A DNA stretch of 64,000 bases, taken from NCBI GenBank assembly GCA_017889625.1, contig JAGGAD010000002.1, positions 119,940 through 183,939 of the forward strand. Reading direction: 5' to 3'. Positions 45,473 through 55,814 of the stretch are shown in pieces (the first letter of the stretch is position 1; each line of letters starts with the position of its first letter). A program made the translations under genes and the position numbers. This DNA is from Bacillota bacterium. Lineage in GTDB: Bacteria; Bacillota; Negativicutes; Sporomusales; CTSoil-080. The notes beneath the pieces are model-generated. The model was given only the letters and a program-made list of their open reading frames with translations. It was not told where the DNA came from and did not search any database.

Positions 45473-46042
45473 ATGGGCGCTAAGACCGACACGCGGGAAA
45501 AAATTCTTAATACAGCTGCTTCTCTTTTTCAAAAGAACGGTTATCATGCAACTGGTTTAAATGAGATCATAAGAGAAAGCGAAAGCCCCAAGGGGTCGCT
45601 GTATTATCACTTTCCTAATGGCAAAGAAGAATTAGCGATAGCCGCGGTAACTTTGGCCGGCAGTATGATTCAAGAACAAATCGAGGAAAAATTAGCCAGA
45701 GATAGCGATCCGGCTCAAGCTATTAAACATTATATTCTCGATTTGGCTGATTCTTTTGAAGAAGAAAATCCTGATAACCAAGTTTCCCTCAGTCTGCTGG
45801 CGTTAGAAATTGCTCCAATCCGCGATTCTTTGCGTGACGCGTGTAAACAAGTATTTGAATTGTGCGCCGATACTTATTATCGTAAGTTAATTACTTGTGG
45901 ATTTCCTGAAGAAAAAGCAAAGGAAATTAGTTCAATTATTTTCGTAATGATTGAAGGGGCGATGTCGGTGTCGCTGGTTCGTAATGATCCGGTGATGTTA
46001 GTGGCCGTTGCGGAACAAATTTCTATTTTGTTAAATAATTAG
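45473..46042 (+). CDS. TetR/AcrR-family transcriptional regulator
   Basis: The N-terminal HTH reads REKILNTAASLFQKNGYHATGLNEIIRESESPKGSLYYHF. Confidence 0.9.
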   Translation: MGAKTDTREKILNTAASLFQKNGYHATGLNEIIRESESPKGSLYYHFPNGKEELAIAAVTLAGSMIQEQIEEKLARDSDPAQAIKHYILDLADSFEEENPDNQVSLSLLALEIAPIRDSLRDACKQVFELCADTYYRKLITCGFPEEKAKEISSIIFVMIEGAMSVSLVRNDPVMLVAVAEQISILLNN

Positions 46043-46104
46043 AATGTTTCTTTTTACCTCTAATATATAGACCGGTCTAATAAAAACGCGGAGTTGATTT
46101 TATT

Positions 46105-47583
46105 ATGGAAGAGAATTTTGTTACAAAAGAAGGAAATGATCATATAAAAAGCATAAAGCCTTGGGTGATAAAAGCTACTTTGTTGGTGGCTGCTTTTATC
46201 GCCTTTTTGAATGAAACATCGCTGAATGTCGCGTTAACCAAGTTTATGGAGATTTTTAATATCTCGGTATCAACAGTTCAATGGCTGTCAACCGGGTTTA
46301 TGTTGATAATGACGATTGTAGTGCCAGCTACTGCGTTTATAATGCAACGCTTTTCTACGCGGCAAATATTTTTTTCGACGATGTTTATCTTAGTACTTGG
46401 TACGGTAACGGCGGCGGCGGCTCAGACGTTTTGGGTATTGCTTGCCGGACGGCTTATTCAAGCGGCTGGCACATGTATTATCATGTCGCTGTTAATTAAT
46501 ACGGTACTTATTCTTACGCCGCCGCATAAGCGTGGCACAGCTCTGGGAGTTGTTGGCCTGGTGCTGCTATTTGCCCCTGCAGTTACACCATCGATAGCGG
46601 GTTTAGTTATATATGCTTTTGGCTGGAGATGGCTGTTTTTAGGGTTGCTCCCATGTTTAGTTGCGATTACGGCGATTGCTCATTTTACGTTGAAAAATGT
46701 TACTGAACCGAGTTCGGGAAGACCTGATTGGCTGTCACTTATGTTATCAACAATCGCTTTTGGCGGCATCTTCTATGGAATTAGCAGCAGTGGTGATGCC
46801 GGGTTAGCAAGTATGTACACTATTGTCCCGCTGTTAATTGGTCTGTTAAGTCTGGTACTGTTTGTGTGGCGGCAGTTACACATCAAAGAGCCATTATTGG
46901 AACTTAGAGTGTTTGCTTATCCTATGTTTACGATTGGCGTTTTAATGGTTATTTTCTGTCAAATGACTGCTTTCGGTGTTACAATGCTTATGCCGATGTT
47001 TATGCAAGGCGGGTTTGGCTTAACGACGTTTGCTACTGGCTTGTCCATGCTGCCGGGCGGGCTGTTGAATGGTTTTGTAGCGCCGATTGTCGGACGCCTT
47101 TTTGATAGATTTGGTCCGAAGCCGATTGTTATTCCGGGTCTAATACTCATGATGGCGTTTGCCTGGTTGTTTTCCGTGGTTTCGAACACAACTAGTATTG
47201 GCCTGTTTATTGTTATACACTGTGGTATTATGATGGCAATTGCGATGGTTATGTCACCAGCGCAGGCTAATGGACTAAATCAACTGCCCCGCAATCTTTA
47301 TCCGCATGGAACGGCTATTATGAGTACCTTGCAGCAAATGGCGGGGGGGCTGGGAACAGCCGTATTTGTCAGCATTATGTCGATAAACCAACAGTATTAT
47401 TTGCATCAAGCTGATAGTGTAACTGATACTATCCGTCAAAGTGCTTTGGTATATGGTTTTAACCATGCCTTTCACTTTGGGGCACTTATGCTGATTCTGG
47501 GTATAGCAATTGCTTTATTTATTAAGCGTCCTGTTTCACCAGAAAGCGACAATAATAAAATTCGTGAAATGGCTAATATATAA
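46105..47583 (+). CDS. MFS drug:H+ antiporter, DHA2 (EmrB/QacA) family
   Basis: It has 14 hydrophobic segments and FLNETSLNVALTKF, and the GRLFDRFGPK motif lies in the second half. Confidence 0.85.
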   Translation: MEENFVTKEGNDHIKSIKPWVIKATLLVAAFIAFLNETSLNVALTKFMEIFNISVSTVQWLSTGFMLIMTIVVPATAFIMQRFSTRQIFFSTMFILVLGTVTAAAAQTFWVLLAGRLIQAAGTCIIMSLLINTVLILTPPHKRGTALGVVGLVLLFAPAVTPSIAGLVIYAFGWRWLFLGLLPCLVAITAIAHFTLKNVTEPSSGRPDWLSLMLSTIAFGGIFYGISSSGDAGLASMYTIVPLLIGLLSLVLFVWRQLHIKEPLLELRVFAYPMFTIGVLMVIFCQMTAFGVTMLMPMFMQGGFGLTTFATGLSMLPGGLLNGFVAPIVGRLFDRFGPKPIVIPGLILMMAFAWLFSVVSNTTSIGLFIVIHCGIMMAIAMVMSPAQANGLNQLPRNLYPHGTAIMSTLQQMAGGLGTAVFVSIMSINQQYYLHQADSVTDTIRQSALVYGFNHAFHFGALMLILGIAIALFIKRPVSPESDNNKIREMANI

Positions 47584-47616
47584 TTTTTGACGATGCTACT
47601 TAAAATCATATGGTAA

Positions 47617-47648
47617 AAGAAAAAGCACCTTTCACAGGTGCTTTTTTT
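47617..47648. terminator. Bidirectional terminator between the convergent MFS and argD genes
   Basis: The stem aaaaagcacct / aggtgcttttt is flanked by A and T runs. Confidence 0.8.
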
Positions 47649-47672
47649 ACTAGTGTAACGCTAAAATTGATG

Positions 47673-48878
47673 TTACGTTAGCTTGGTTAATACTTTAGCA
47701 AGGATTTCAATCATAGTATCAATATCTTCTGATGTCACGATTAATGGCGGCATCAATCGGATAATCGAAGGTCTGGGAGAATTTATAATCAGTCCCTCGT
47801 TCAGGCACTCTGCAACAATTTTACTACCATTACTTGTAGGTAAATCAAAAGCAACTAACAAGCCCTTACCCCGAATATTAGCGAGATTGAATTTAGCGGA
47901 TATATCTCTTAATTTATTACAGAGATAAGTTCCTTGTTTGGCGGCATTGGCAGCAAGATTGTTTTTAATAACTTCATTTACTACAGCATAGCCGACAGCC
48001 ATTGCTAGCGGCTGACCGGAATAGGTTCCGCCTTGATCGCCGGCTTCAAAAATATTGAATTTTTCTTTAGTTAATAGTGCCGATAAGGGGAAACCTCCGC
48101 CAATCCCTTTAGCGAGAGTTATAATATCTGGTTCAATGCCGTAATGCTCATAAGCAAATAATTTTCCGGTGCGGCCGATACCAGTCTGTACTTCATCAAA
48201 AATTAGCAGTATTCCGGTTTCATCGCATAGCTGCCGCAAGGCTTTAATGTAAGTTTCTTTGCTTTCAATTACTCCGCCTTCGCCTTGAATTGGTTCAAGC
48301 ATAATGGCACATGTATTCGGACTTAGCGCTGTCTTTATTGCATCAATGTCATTAAGGGGAACATGGTTAAAACCGCCGACCTTAGGTTCAAATAAAGCCT
48401 GCCATTTTTCTTTGCCGGTAGCTGACATTGTTGCCAGGGTTCGGCCGTGAAAACTATTAACGGCAGTAATGATTTCACAGGCGCCGTTCAGCTTGATAGT
48501 GCCATGTTTTCGCGCTAATTTTATTGCTCCTTCGTTAGCTTCAGCACCGCTGTTAGTAAAAAAAACCCGGTCAAAGCAGGAGTGTTCTATTAGTAATTTG
48601 GCAAAATTAATCATTGGTGTATTCAAGAAGGACGGGCTGGCATTAATTAATTGTGTAGTTTGATGTGCAAGTGCAAGTCTAATGGCGTCCGGACAATGCC
48701 CCAAACAGGTAACGGCCCAACCGCCAATAAAATCTAAATACTTTTTTTTGTCGGTATCCCAAAGGTACATTCCTTTACCATAATCCATGACGATATTCGG
48801 TCTTATGGTCGTAAATAAAATTGATTGCTGAGCTTCATTAAGAAGCTCAGTTGTATTTTCAAGATAAGTATTGGTCAT
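47673..48878 (-). CDS. argD: Acetylornithine/class III aminotransferase
   Basis: The class III PLP fold is indicated by FTNSGAEANEGAIKLAR, DEVQTGIGRTG and the Schiff-base Lys in TLAKGIGGG. The ArgD assignment rests on family resemblance and on ARG-box-like sites upstream. Confidence 0.75.
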   Translation of the reverse strand: MTNTYLENTTELLNEAQQSILFTTIRPNIVMDYGKGMYLWDTDKKKYLDFIGGWAVTCLGHCPDAIRLALAHQTTQLINASPSFLNTPMINFAKLLIEHSCFDRVFFTNSGAEANEGAIKLARKHGTIKLNGACEIITAVNSFHGRTLATMSATGKEKWQALFEPKVGGFNHVPLNDIDAIKTALSPNTCAIMLEPIQGEGGVIESKETYIKALRQLCDETGILLIFDEVQTGIGRTGKLFAYEHYGIEPDIITLAKGIGGGFPLSALLTKEKFNIFEAGDQGGTYSGQPLAMAVGYAVVNEVIKNNLAANAAKQGTYLCNKLRDISAKFNLANIRGKGLLVAFDLPTSNGSKIVAECLNEGLIINSPRPSIIRLMPPLIVTSEDIDTMIEILAKVLTKLT

Positions 48879-48911
48879 AACTTTTCCTCCTGTATTAAAT
48901 ACTTAAATAAT

Positions 48912-48938
48912 TATACAATAAAAATGTATAATTATGCA
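48912..48938. promoter_or_regulatory. Candidate ArgR/AhrC operator (ARG-box-like palindromes)
   Basis: TATACAataaaaaTGTATA (48912-48930) overlaps TGTATAATTATGCA (48925-38). These AT-rich dyads lie in the argD upstream region. Confidence 0.35.
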
Positions 48939-48971
48939 ACATAATTGTCGTTTATAAATTTAAAAATACTG

Positions 48972-49000
48972 TTGACAAAGGGGAAAGAAATCTATAATAT
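48972..49000 (+). promoter_or_regulatory. Sigma-A promoter of the ilvB leader
   Basis: TTGACA (48972-48977) pairs with TATAAT/TAATAT at 48993-49000. Confidence 0.55.
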
Positions 49001-49004
49001 AATT

Positions 49005-49316
49005 ACAAATAATATGAAAAAGACGATGAACGGAAGAGTAATTATCAATTGTGATATTTTACAGCGAGCTGGAATTGGTGTGAGCCAGTAATATCGATAG
49101 TAATGAAAATCATCCGTGAGTTGCGCACTGAAGTTTAGTAAGCTGCGCCGGCCCTCTGAGGAGGAACCGCTGTCCGTTATTGCAGCGAGGTATCGAAGGC
49201 ATATGATTACTTTCTGTACCTATGAGCGGCTATGGGCAACCATAGCAATTTGGGTGGTAGCACGGACTAACCTCCGTCCCTTACGATTTGCGTAAGGGAC
49301 GGAGGTTTATTTTTTT
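49005..49316 (+). promoter_or_regulatory. T-box riboswitch leader upstream of ilvB
   Basis: Stem I carries AGAGTA and a distal GCGAGCTGGAATTGGTGTGAGCCAG. The T-box AATTTGGGTGGTAGCACGG lies at 49247-49265. The terminator is aacctccgtcccttacg / cgtaagggacggaggtt plus a T run (49269-49316). Confidence 0.8.
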
Positions 49317-49363
49317 CATGAGCTATAAGCCAACAAAATAATGCAAAAGGAGAGTGAAAAGCT

Positions 49364-51061
49364 GTGAGTATGTTGGGAGCGGAGCTGGTCATTGATTGTC
49401 TAAAAAATGAAGGGGGTGAAGTAGTATTTGGGTATCCGGGATCAGCAGTTTTAACCTTATATGATGTATTATATAAAACTGGATTCCCCCATGTCTTAAC
49501 CGGACATGAACAAGGCGCAGTTCATGCTGCAGAAGGTTATGCCAGGGCTACTGGTAAGGTTGGCGTTTGTTTTGCGACCTCTGGGCCGGGGGCGACTAAT
49601 CTAATTACCGGTATTGCTAACGCATATATGGATTCTATTCCGCTAGTAGCAATTACCGGTCAAGTGGGGGTAGCTTTAATCGGGAAAGATTCCTTCCAGG
49701 AAGCAGATATTTGTGGTATTACCACCCCGATAACTAAACACAATTATCTTGTAAAGAATGTTCAGGAGCTGCCGAGTGTACTGAAAGAAGCTTTTTATAT
49801 TGCCCGTACAGGCCGCCCTGGTCCGGTGGTTGTTGATATAGCTAAAGATGTTTTTAATGCTAGTCTGGAGAATTGTGAATATCCTAAGTTTGTTCAGCTT
49901 AAAGGGTATACACCGAGATTTGACGGTGATGCTAGAGCGGTTGAATTGAGCGTACAAGCATTAAAACAGGCGAAACGACCAGTGATTTTTGTTGGCGGCG
50001 GGGTAAATTTGTCTGGGACAGCCGGAATATTGCAAACCTTAGTTCAGATGCTTGGAATGCCGGTGGTTAGTAGTTTAATGGGATTAGGATGCATACCTTG
50101 TAATATGCCGCAATATCTCGGTATGGTTGGTATGCATGGTGGGTATGCGGCAAATATGGCTATTTGTGAATGTGATTTATTATTAGCTATGGGGGTTCGT
50201 TTTAATGATCGGGTAACTGGTGTGGTAAAAGATTTTGCGTCAAAGGCTAAAATAATTCAATTTGATATTGATCCAGCCGAAGTGAATAAGAATGTTCGTA
50301 CCGATTTATCGGTGCTTGGTGACCTGCGGTGGTCATTGCCGCTGTTGGTTAATAAGCTCGGCTGCTATGAGTCAAGTAAGTGGCAGCAGGGGATTAGTGA
50401 CTGGAATGATGAAGTCAAAAGATGGAAACGGGAAAGACCTTTAGGCTATAGTCCGACCGGGGATAGAATTAGGCCACAGGCGGTAATTGGAAAGGTTAAC
50501 GAGCTTGCGCCGGAGGATTCGATCATTGTAACTGATGTTGGTCAACATCAAATGTGGACGGCGCAATATTATCAGTTTTGTAATCAGCGGACCTTTATTA
50601 CTTCTGGTGGGCTTGGAACGATGGGCTTTGGGTTGCCGGCGGCGATTGGCGCTCAACTAGGTCTGCCGGCAAAAAAAGTTATACTATTTACTGGCGATGG
50701 CAGTATCATGATGAATTGCCAAGAAATTGCCACTTTGGCGGAGCTGGGCTTGCCAATAAAAATAATCGTTATCAATAATAAGGCGTTAGGGTTGGTTAGT
50801 CAGTGGCAGCGGATGTTTTACGGCCAGCGTTATTCTCATTCCAGCACCAAGCGCTGTGTGGATTTGGTAAAAGTTGCGGAAGGTATGGGGATTACTGGTT
50901 TACGGATAACAACATATGAAGATTTGACGAGCGGGATAAAACAGGCCTTAGAAATTGATGGACCGGTACTGGTAGGTGTGTTGGTATCTGAGCGTGAAAA
51001 TGTATTGCCAATGGTTCCCCCTGGGGGACGATTGGATCAAATGATATTGTCGAATGGATAA
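49364..51061 (+). CDS. ilvB: Acetolactate synthase large subunit (biosynthetic type)
   Basis: The ThDP enzyme motifs are present (GYPGSAVL, GPGATNLITGIA, the ThDP motif GDGSIMMN...NN). The protein is 565 aa. Confidence 0.9.
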   Translation: MSMLGAELVIDCLKNEGGEVVFGYPGSAVLTLYDVLYKTGFPHVLTGHEQGAVHAAEGYARATGKVGVCFATSGPGATNLITGIANAYMDSIPLVAITGQVGVALIGKDSFQEADICGITTPITKHNYLVKNVQELPSVLKEAFYIARTGRPGPVVVDIAKDVFNASLENCEYPKFVQLKGYTPRFDGDARAVELSVQALKQAKRPVIFVGGGVNLSGTAGILQTLVQMLGMPVVSSLMGLGCIPCNMPQYLGMVGMHGGYAANMAICECDLLLAMGVRFNDRVTGVVKDFASKAKIIQFDIDPAEVNKNVRTDLSVLGDLRWSLPLLVNKLGCYESSKWQQGISDWNDEVKRWKRERPLGYSPTGDRIRPQAVIGKVNELAPEDSIIVTDVGQHQMWTAQYYQFCNQRTFITSGGLGTMGFGLPAAIGAQLGLPAKKVILFTGDGSIMMNCQEIATLAELGLPIKIIVINNKALGLVSQWQRMFYGQRYSHSSTKRCVDLVKVAEGMGITGLRITTYEDLTSGIKQALEIDGPVLVGVLVSERENVLPMVPPGGRLDQMILSNG

Positions 51062-51344
51062 TTTTGAAACTAAAAGAAAGGTTTGTTATACCTATATTAC
51101 TTTCCTGAATAATTATGATAACATTTTTCTTTACCATAAAAATATTATCGGACATTTCACCGGGGTAATCTGGTGGCGGCAAATATATACCTGGAGGATA
51201 AATATCTTAGGAGTAAAGACCGTTATTATATGGCCAATGCAAAATCCCTCTTGCATCGAAATCGTGAAAATGATAAAACTAATATTTTCTTGATAATATA
51301 TAGAAAATTGTTTAAAATGAGATAGTAAAGAATACATATTTAGC

Positions 51345-51785
51345 ATGGCAGGTGGAGAGGTCTTGCAAGATAAAAAGTACACCATTCCTAAGCTTTGTAA
51401 ATATGTTAGGATGGTAAATGAAGCTGCAAATAAAAAGTTAATTCCGCTGGGCATTTATAATGGTCAATGGTCGGTAATATTAGCGTTAAAGGAATTAGGC
51501 AGTTCAACGCAGTCTAAGCTAGGACAATATTTAGCGATAGAGGCACCTACATTAACAATAATGCTTAAACGGTTGGAAGAAATGGGGCTGGTAACTAGGG
51601 CGACTTCTTCAGATCAGCGGGTAAAAATAGTGTCATTAACCGAAAAGGCTGAAAGTAATTTTGAACTTTGGAATGATAAAATAATCGAGCATCGGCAAGA
51701 ACTCTTTAAGGGATTTTCAAATGATGATATGATAGAATTACATAGGATGATTGATCGGCTATTGGCTAATGTTGCAAGTAAGTAA
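51345..51785 (+). CDS. MarR-family transcriptional regulator
   Basis: The wHTH reads QSKLGQYLAIEAPTLTIMLKRLEEMGLVTR...DQR. The start may be the TTG at 51363, after GGTGGAGAGG. Confidence 0.8.
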   Translation: MAGGEVLQDKKYTIPKLCKYVRMVNEAANKKLIPLGIYNGQWSVILALKELGSSTQSKLGQYLAIEAPTLTIMLKRLEEMGLVTRATSSDQRVKIVSLTEKAESNFELWNDKIIEHRQELFKGFSNDDMIELHRMIDRLLANVASK

Positions 51786-51873
51786 AATTAATTGGCAATA
51801 TGTATTTTTGTCTGTCTAACGGCAGGAGGAAATAACCAAGTCTTAGGGCATGGTTATTTTTTAAAGTATTTAT

Positions 51874-51991
51874 TTAGCATGCTAACGAATATATATATAT
51901 AAAGAAGTTTTAGAATTGCTTGCTTAATGGTGCTGGAATAGAGGATGAAGGAAAAAAAGTATTTTTTTTAAGTAGTTGCTTAGCATACTAA
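51874..51991. promoter_or_regulatory. Candidate MarR operators upstream of the MFS gene
   Basis: A perfect palindrome TTAGCATGCTAA lies at 51874-51885 and a near copy, TTAGCATACTAA, at 51980-51991. A half-site TTAGCATG at 51339-51346 overlaps the marR start. Confidence 0.5.
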
Positions 51992-52111
51992 CTAAAACCC
52001 GAAAGGGCGTGATATTTATTAAATCAAGTTATTAAGGCAAGATACACTTAGTAATTACTCAGTGGGAAAAGTAGAAGAACAGTCAAAATATATAAAATGA
52101 GGTGGGTTAAT

Positions 52112-53335
52112 ATGGATAATAAACTATGGACCAAAAATTTTATATTTTTACTGCTGTCTAATGCATTATTATTTGCGGGGTTCCACATTTTGCTGCCGAC
52201 TTTACCGATTTATGCGGCGCAAAATGGGGGCAGTGGTACTCAAATTGGAATTATTGCTGGAATTTTTGGATTTTCGGCAATTTTTATTCGATTTTTCACT
52301 GACCTTGGCATAAAGCGATTAGGGAAAAAGAAATGCCTAATTATTGGTATCGTTATTTCTTTTATTTGTGCGGCAAGTTATGTGATATTTTCTTCAGTAA
52401 ATGAAATAATTGGAATTAGGCTTATTCATGGCTTTGGCTTTGGGCTTGCTACTACTTTTTATGCAACAATTGCTTCTGATATTGTCCCATATTCTCGGCG
52501 GGGCGAGGGAATGGGCTATTTCGGGCTTGGCACTACGGTAGCAATGGCGTTGGCGCCAGCTGCCGGAGTATGGCTGGTAAAGGACTATGGCTTTACGATC
52601 ATGTTTACTTGTGCGGCAATAAGCCAGGTAATTGCGTTAATATGGACATTTTTCTGCTCGGCACCTAAAGTTGTCATCGAGAAAGCGCAGGTAGAGGATG
52701 AATATAATAGTTCATTACTTTCCAAGTTTATTGAAAAAGGAACAAGGTTTCCGGCGATGCTTACGATGTTTTTTGGCGTTGGTTATGGCAGTGTAATAGC
52801 TTTTATCGCAATGTTAGCCCAAGAGGCTCATATTGAAAATCCAGGATATTTTTATTTGGTGGGAACGTTGTGCATAATAATGTCGAGAACAATTTCCGGG
52901 CGGCTGTTTGATAAAAAGGGCTATGTGTGGGTTATTTTGCCAGGCGCGGTTATCTTGTTAAGCGGCTTGTTGCTGTTGACGATAACTATTTCGCAAACGA
53001 TGTTGCTGGAGGCGGCAGTATTATATGGTTTTGGGGTTGGGATGCTTCATCCGGCCCTTCAGACTTGGATGCTGAATTTGGTGCAAGCTCATCGCCGGGG
53101 TGCTGCCAGTGCGACTTTTTATAATATGTTGGATGTTGGAACAAGCGCTGGTACGATTCTTTTAGGAATTGTAGCCGAAAAGACCGGGTTTATCGGTATG
53201 TACAGATATTCTGCTGGAGCAATGGGAATATTCTTGCTGGCATTTGTTTTATTTGTATTATTTATTGACAACCGGGCAAAAGCGGAAAAAGAGCTGGAAG
53301 CATCAACGGTTGCCAATAATAGTTCAGGCTTATAA
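52112..53335 (+). CDS. MFS transporter (12-TMS)
   Basis: It has 12 hydrophobic segments. GAGGTGGG precedes the ATG at 52112. It is paired with the upstream MarR. Confidence 0.8.
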   Translation: MDNKLWTKNFIFLLLSNALLFAGFHILLPTLPIYAAQNGGSGTQIGIIAGIFGFSAIFIRFFTDLGIKRLGKKKCLIIGIVISFICAASYVIFSSVNEIIGIRLIHGFGFGLATTFYATIASDIVPYSRRGEGMGYFGLGTTVAMALAPAAGVWLVKDYGFTIMFTCAAISQVIALIWTFFCSAPKVVIEKAQVEDEYNSSLLSKFIEKGTRFPAMLTMFFGVGYGSVIAFIAMLAQEAHIENPGYFYLVGTLCIIMSRTISGRLFDKKGYVWVILPGAVILLSGLLLLTITISQTMLLEAAVLYGFGVGMLHPALQTWMLNLVQAHRRGAASATFYNMLDVGTSAGTILLGIVAEKTGFIGMYRYSAGAMGIFLLAFVLFVLFIDNRAKAEKELEASTVANNSSGL

Positions 53336-53350
53336 GGCAGCTAAAATACT

Positions 53351-53396
53351 AAAAATAAGTCCCAGCATGTATGCATACATGCTGGGACTTATTTTT
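53351..53396. terminator. Bidirectional terminator (perfect 23-bp palindrome arms)
   Basis: aaaaataagtcccagcatgtatg / catacatgctgggacttattttt lies between convergent genes. Confidence 0.85.
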
Positions 53397-53397
53397 G

Positions 53398-55038
53398 TTA
53401 GTGGCTAAGAATTCTTTTGGCACTTTCGTCTTGCACATCAGTAATAAAGGGGATACCTGTATCAGCGGCTGTTTCCCGATTACTTGCAAAAATATCACCA
53501 CGGCAAATTTCGCTAACGGCGAATTTTCGTACTCCGGCCATAAATTGCTGGAGGCCGGCGGCCAGTTTATCTGCCAATGTCCAGACCGCGATAGCCCCAT
53601 AAGGAATATCCTTCATCGCATCATTGCCGACCTTAGCCTGAACATCATAGTAGCCGGCAAATATTTCTTCGGCTGTTATGCCGAGTTCGGCCACTGTCTG
53701 GGGTAATTTATCCCAATGGCCGCATACTGTTTCTTTGCGTTCGGGCCGCAAGACACCCTCAACATTTGCGCCCAAAAAGGCTGGAATCATCAATGCCCGG
53801 CCCATGCAAACCAGTTTAGTGAACGGTGCTCCCAGGGCAAGCGCCTTAAAAATGTGATCTTCCCGGGCCAAACCGCCTGCTAAGGCAAAATCAACAACTT
53901 TCTTGCCTTTGGCGGCGAGAATCGTGGCATACTCGTGGGCTTTGGAATGCAGGAGTATGGAGGGAACCCCCCAATGCTCCATCATATTCCAGGGGCTCAT
54001 TCCGGTGCCGCCGCCAGATCCGTCAATCGTCAATAAATCTAACTTAGCCTCAGAAGCAAACTTAATACTCATAGCCAAAGCTTCCATACCATACGAACCG
54101 GTTTTTAGCGAAATCTTTTTATAACCGATACTTCTTAAATAGGCGACATTATCCATGAATTCTTGCTGAACCTGGCCGACGGAACTAATGTTTGTATAAC
54201 CTAACCGGCTATGGCGGGCAAAAGATTGAATAGCACCGCCGTTGAAGGCCGCTTGCACCTCCGGCTTAGTCGGATCAGGGTCAACGACATAGCCTCTATT
54301 CTTCAGAAACAGGGCATAATCAAGGCTGGTTACTTGTATTTCACCGCCAATATCCTTTGCGCCTTGGCCCCATTTTAGTTCGATCATTACCTTGTCGCCG
54401 TATTTTTCAATAACATATTCGGCAACGCCGTTCCGGGTATCCTCAACATTCAGTTGAACAATAATCGCGCCGTACCCTTCATAATACCGCAGATATGTTT
54501 CAATACGCCGTTCTAATTCCGGGGCTTTGATAATTTTGCCGTTTTCGATAATTGCCGCTTTATCAATCCCCACAACATTCTCACCAATTACAATCGGAAA
54601 CCCAACCAAAGCTGCTCCGGTTGCGAAAGAATCCCAATATTTTGCCGCAATAAACGTAGACCCAAGGGCGCCGGTCATTATCGGAAGCCGGCAGTTTGTT
54701 TTAATCTCATTGCCAAAACTAGTTGCTAAACTGACATTTGGAAATATACAGTCATCCGCCGAATTAGATAAACCATTAGGCAGGCCCTGGGCACCATAAT
54801 TATAGCCTTCAATTCGTAATGAATTATATGAAACTCCAACTTGACAGGTATTGGCGCTCCCGGCTGTGGTCGAGCCAAAATCCCGAGGATAAAGTAACTT
54901 GCGGCCCCGTAAACTAGTTAACCAAGTCTCACATTTACCCTGGCAATCTGCCCGGCACAATGTGCATACTCCAGACTCAGCAGGATTGCCCCTGTTAATT
55001 GTCCCCAAAGCATCGTTACTCTTTGGCCACTGAATCAT
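53398..55038 (-). CDS. Glutamate-synthase-related FMN-binding protein (GltB domain-2-like) with an N-terminal Cys cluster
   Basis: DGSGGGTGMSPW and MEHWGVPS are typical of the GltS FMN domain. The N-terminus carries CTLCRADCQGKCETW. Confidence 0.75.
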   Translation of the reverse strand: MIQWPKSNDALGTINRGNPAESGVCTLCRADCQGKCETWLTSLRGRKLLYPRDFGSTTAGSANTCQVGVSYNSLRIEGYNYGAQGLPNGLSNSADDCIFPNVSLATSFGNEIKTNCRLPIMTGALGSTFIAAKYWDSFATGAALVGFPIVIGENVVGIDKAAIIENGKIIKAPELERRIETYLRYYEGYGAIIVQLNVEDTRNGVAEYVIEKYGDKVMIELKWGQGAKDIGGEIQVTSLDYALFLKNRGYVVDPDPTKPEVQAAFNGGAIQSFARHSRLGYTNISSVGQVQQEFMDNVAYLRSIGYKKISLKTGSYGMEALAMSIKFASEAKLDLLTIDGSGGGTGMSPWNMMEHWGVPSILLHSKAHEYATILAAKGKKVVDFALAGGLAREDHIFKALALGAPFTKLVCMGRALMIPAFLGANVEGVLRPERKETVCGHWDKLPQTVAELGITAEEIFAGYYDVQAKVGNDAMKDIPYGAIAVWTLADKLAAGLQQFMAGVRKFAVSEICRGDIFASNRETAADTGIPFITDVQDESAKRILSH

Positions 55039-55727
55039 TCCATTAACCCTCCCTCAAAATATAGCATCTAGCAAAGGCATAAAAGAATATCCATATCCAT
55101 TTTACCAAAAAACGGAAAATATATATACGGTTTGGGAAAAAAGAACTACTCTAAGTGGTTCTCAGACTGTATACAATCCAAGATCACCTGTAAGAGATAT
55201 AGACAAATTACCGCCTTGTCTAAACATAAAAGCTGCCGGTGACAATAATAACCATGGGGGACACAAACGCTCCCGTGCCAAGGGTCTAGTGGCAAATTTT
55301 AGCAAGAATTATACCAGCCGGCCCAGTATTCAGCCCGAATAACCTGGCAAGTAACATGAGTTGTCCATTCAAGCAAGTTTTATCAGATAGTACGACTAAT
55401 CGGGAAGGATATCGGGAATTGAATGAGTGAATCGCTGATTTTATTGGGGCAACTGTAGCCGAAAAAATAGGTTTCCAGAGTTTTGATAAATGTAAATCTG
55501 GAAAAGAAGCAACATTCTTATGAGATGCTGGATTTGATGGTGTTTTAGCTAGTAAAACAAACTGGATCAGGTGGGTATAAAAATATTGCTGAGTATTATC
55601 GGTTAATGAGCCATGGGGTGGATGAGGATGAGGTAGTTGGACGTGTTTTTGTTAAAAGAAACCAGGAGTACGGAAACGGCTTTTCAACATATTTAGCTGA
55701 TAACGTAATAATAGTTGATAATAAATA

Positions 55728-55790
55728 AGTGAAAAACCAGGGCAGGTGCCTACCGTTTTCGGTAAACACTAGCTCTGGTTTTTCACTTAT
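55728..55790. terminator. Compound hairpin terminator
   Basis: The outer stem is agtgaaaaaccag / ctggtttttcact and the inner stem is taccg/cggta. It is positioned downstream of dps (minus strand) and of decayed plus-strand remnants. Confidence 0.6.
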
Positions 55791-55814
55791 AAAAAATAAT
55801 GTATGAGGCATTCA

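Noticed and set aside
51054-51454. ORFs 51054-51293 (+) and 51131-51454 (-) in the AT-rich spacer after ilvB.
   Set aside because: They have low-complexity, Ile/Phe/Asn/Tyr-rich translations typical of AT-rich non-coding DNA, with no RBS, and they overlap each other.
55596-55811. A 71-aa minus-strand ORF.
   Set aside because: It runs through the compound terminator hairpin (55728-55790) and has no RBS. It is most likely spurious.
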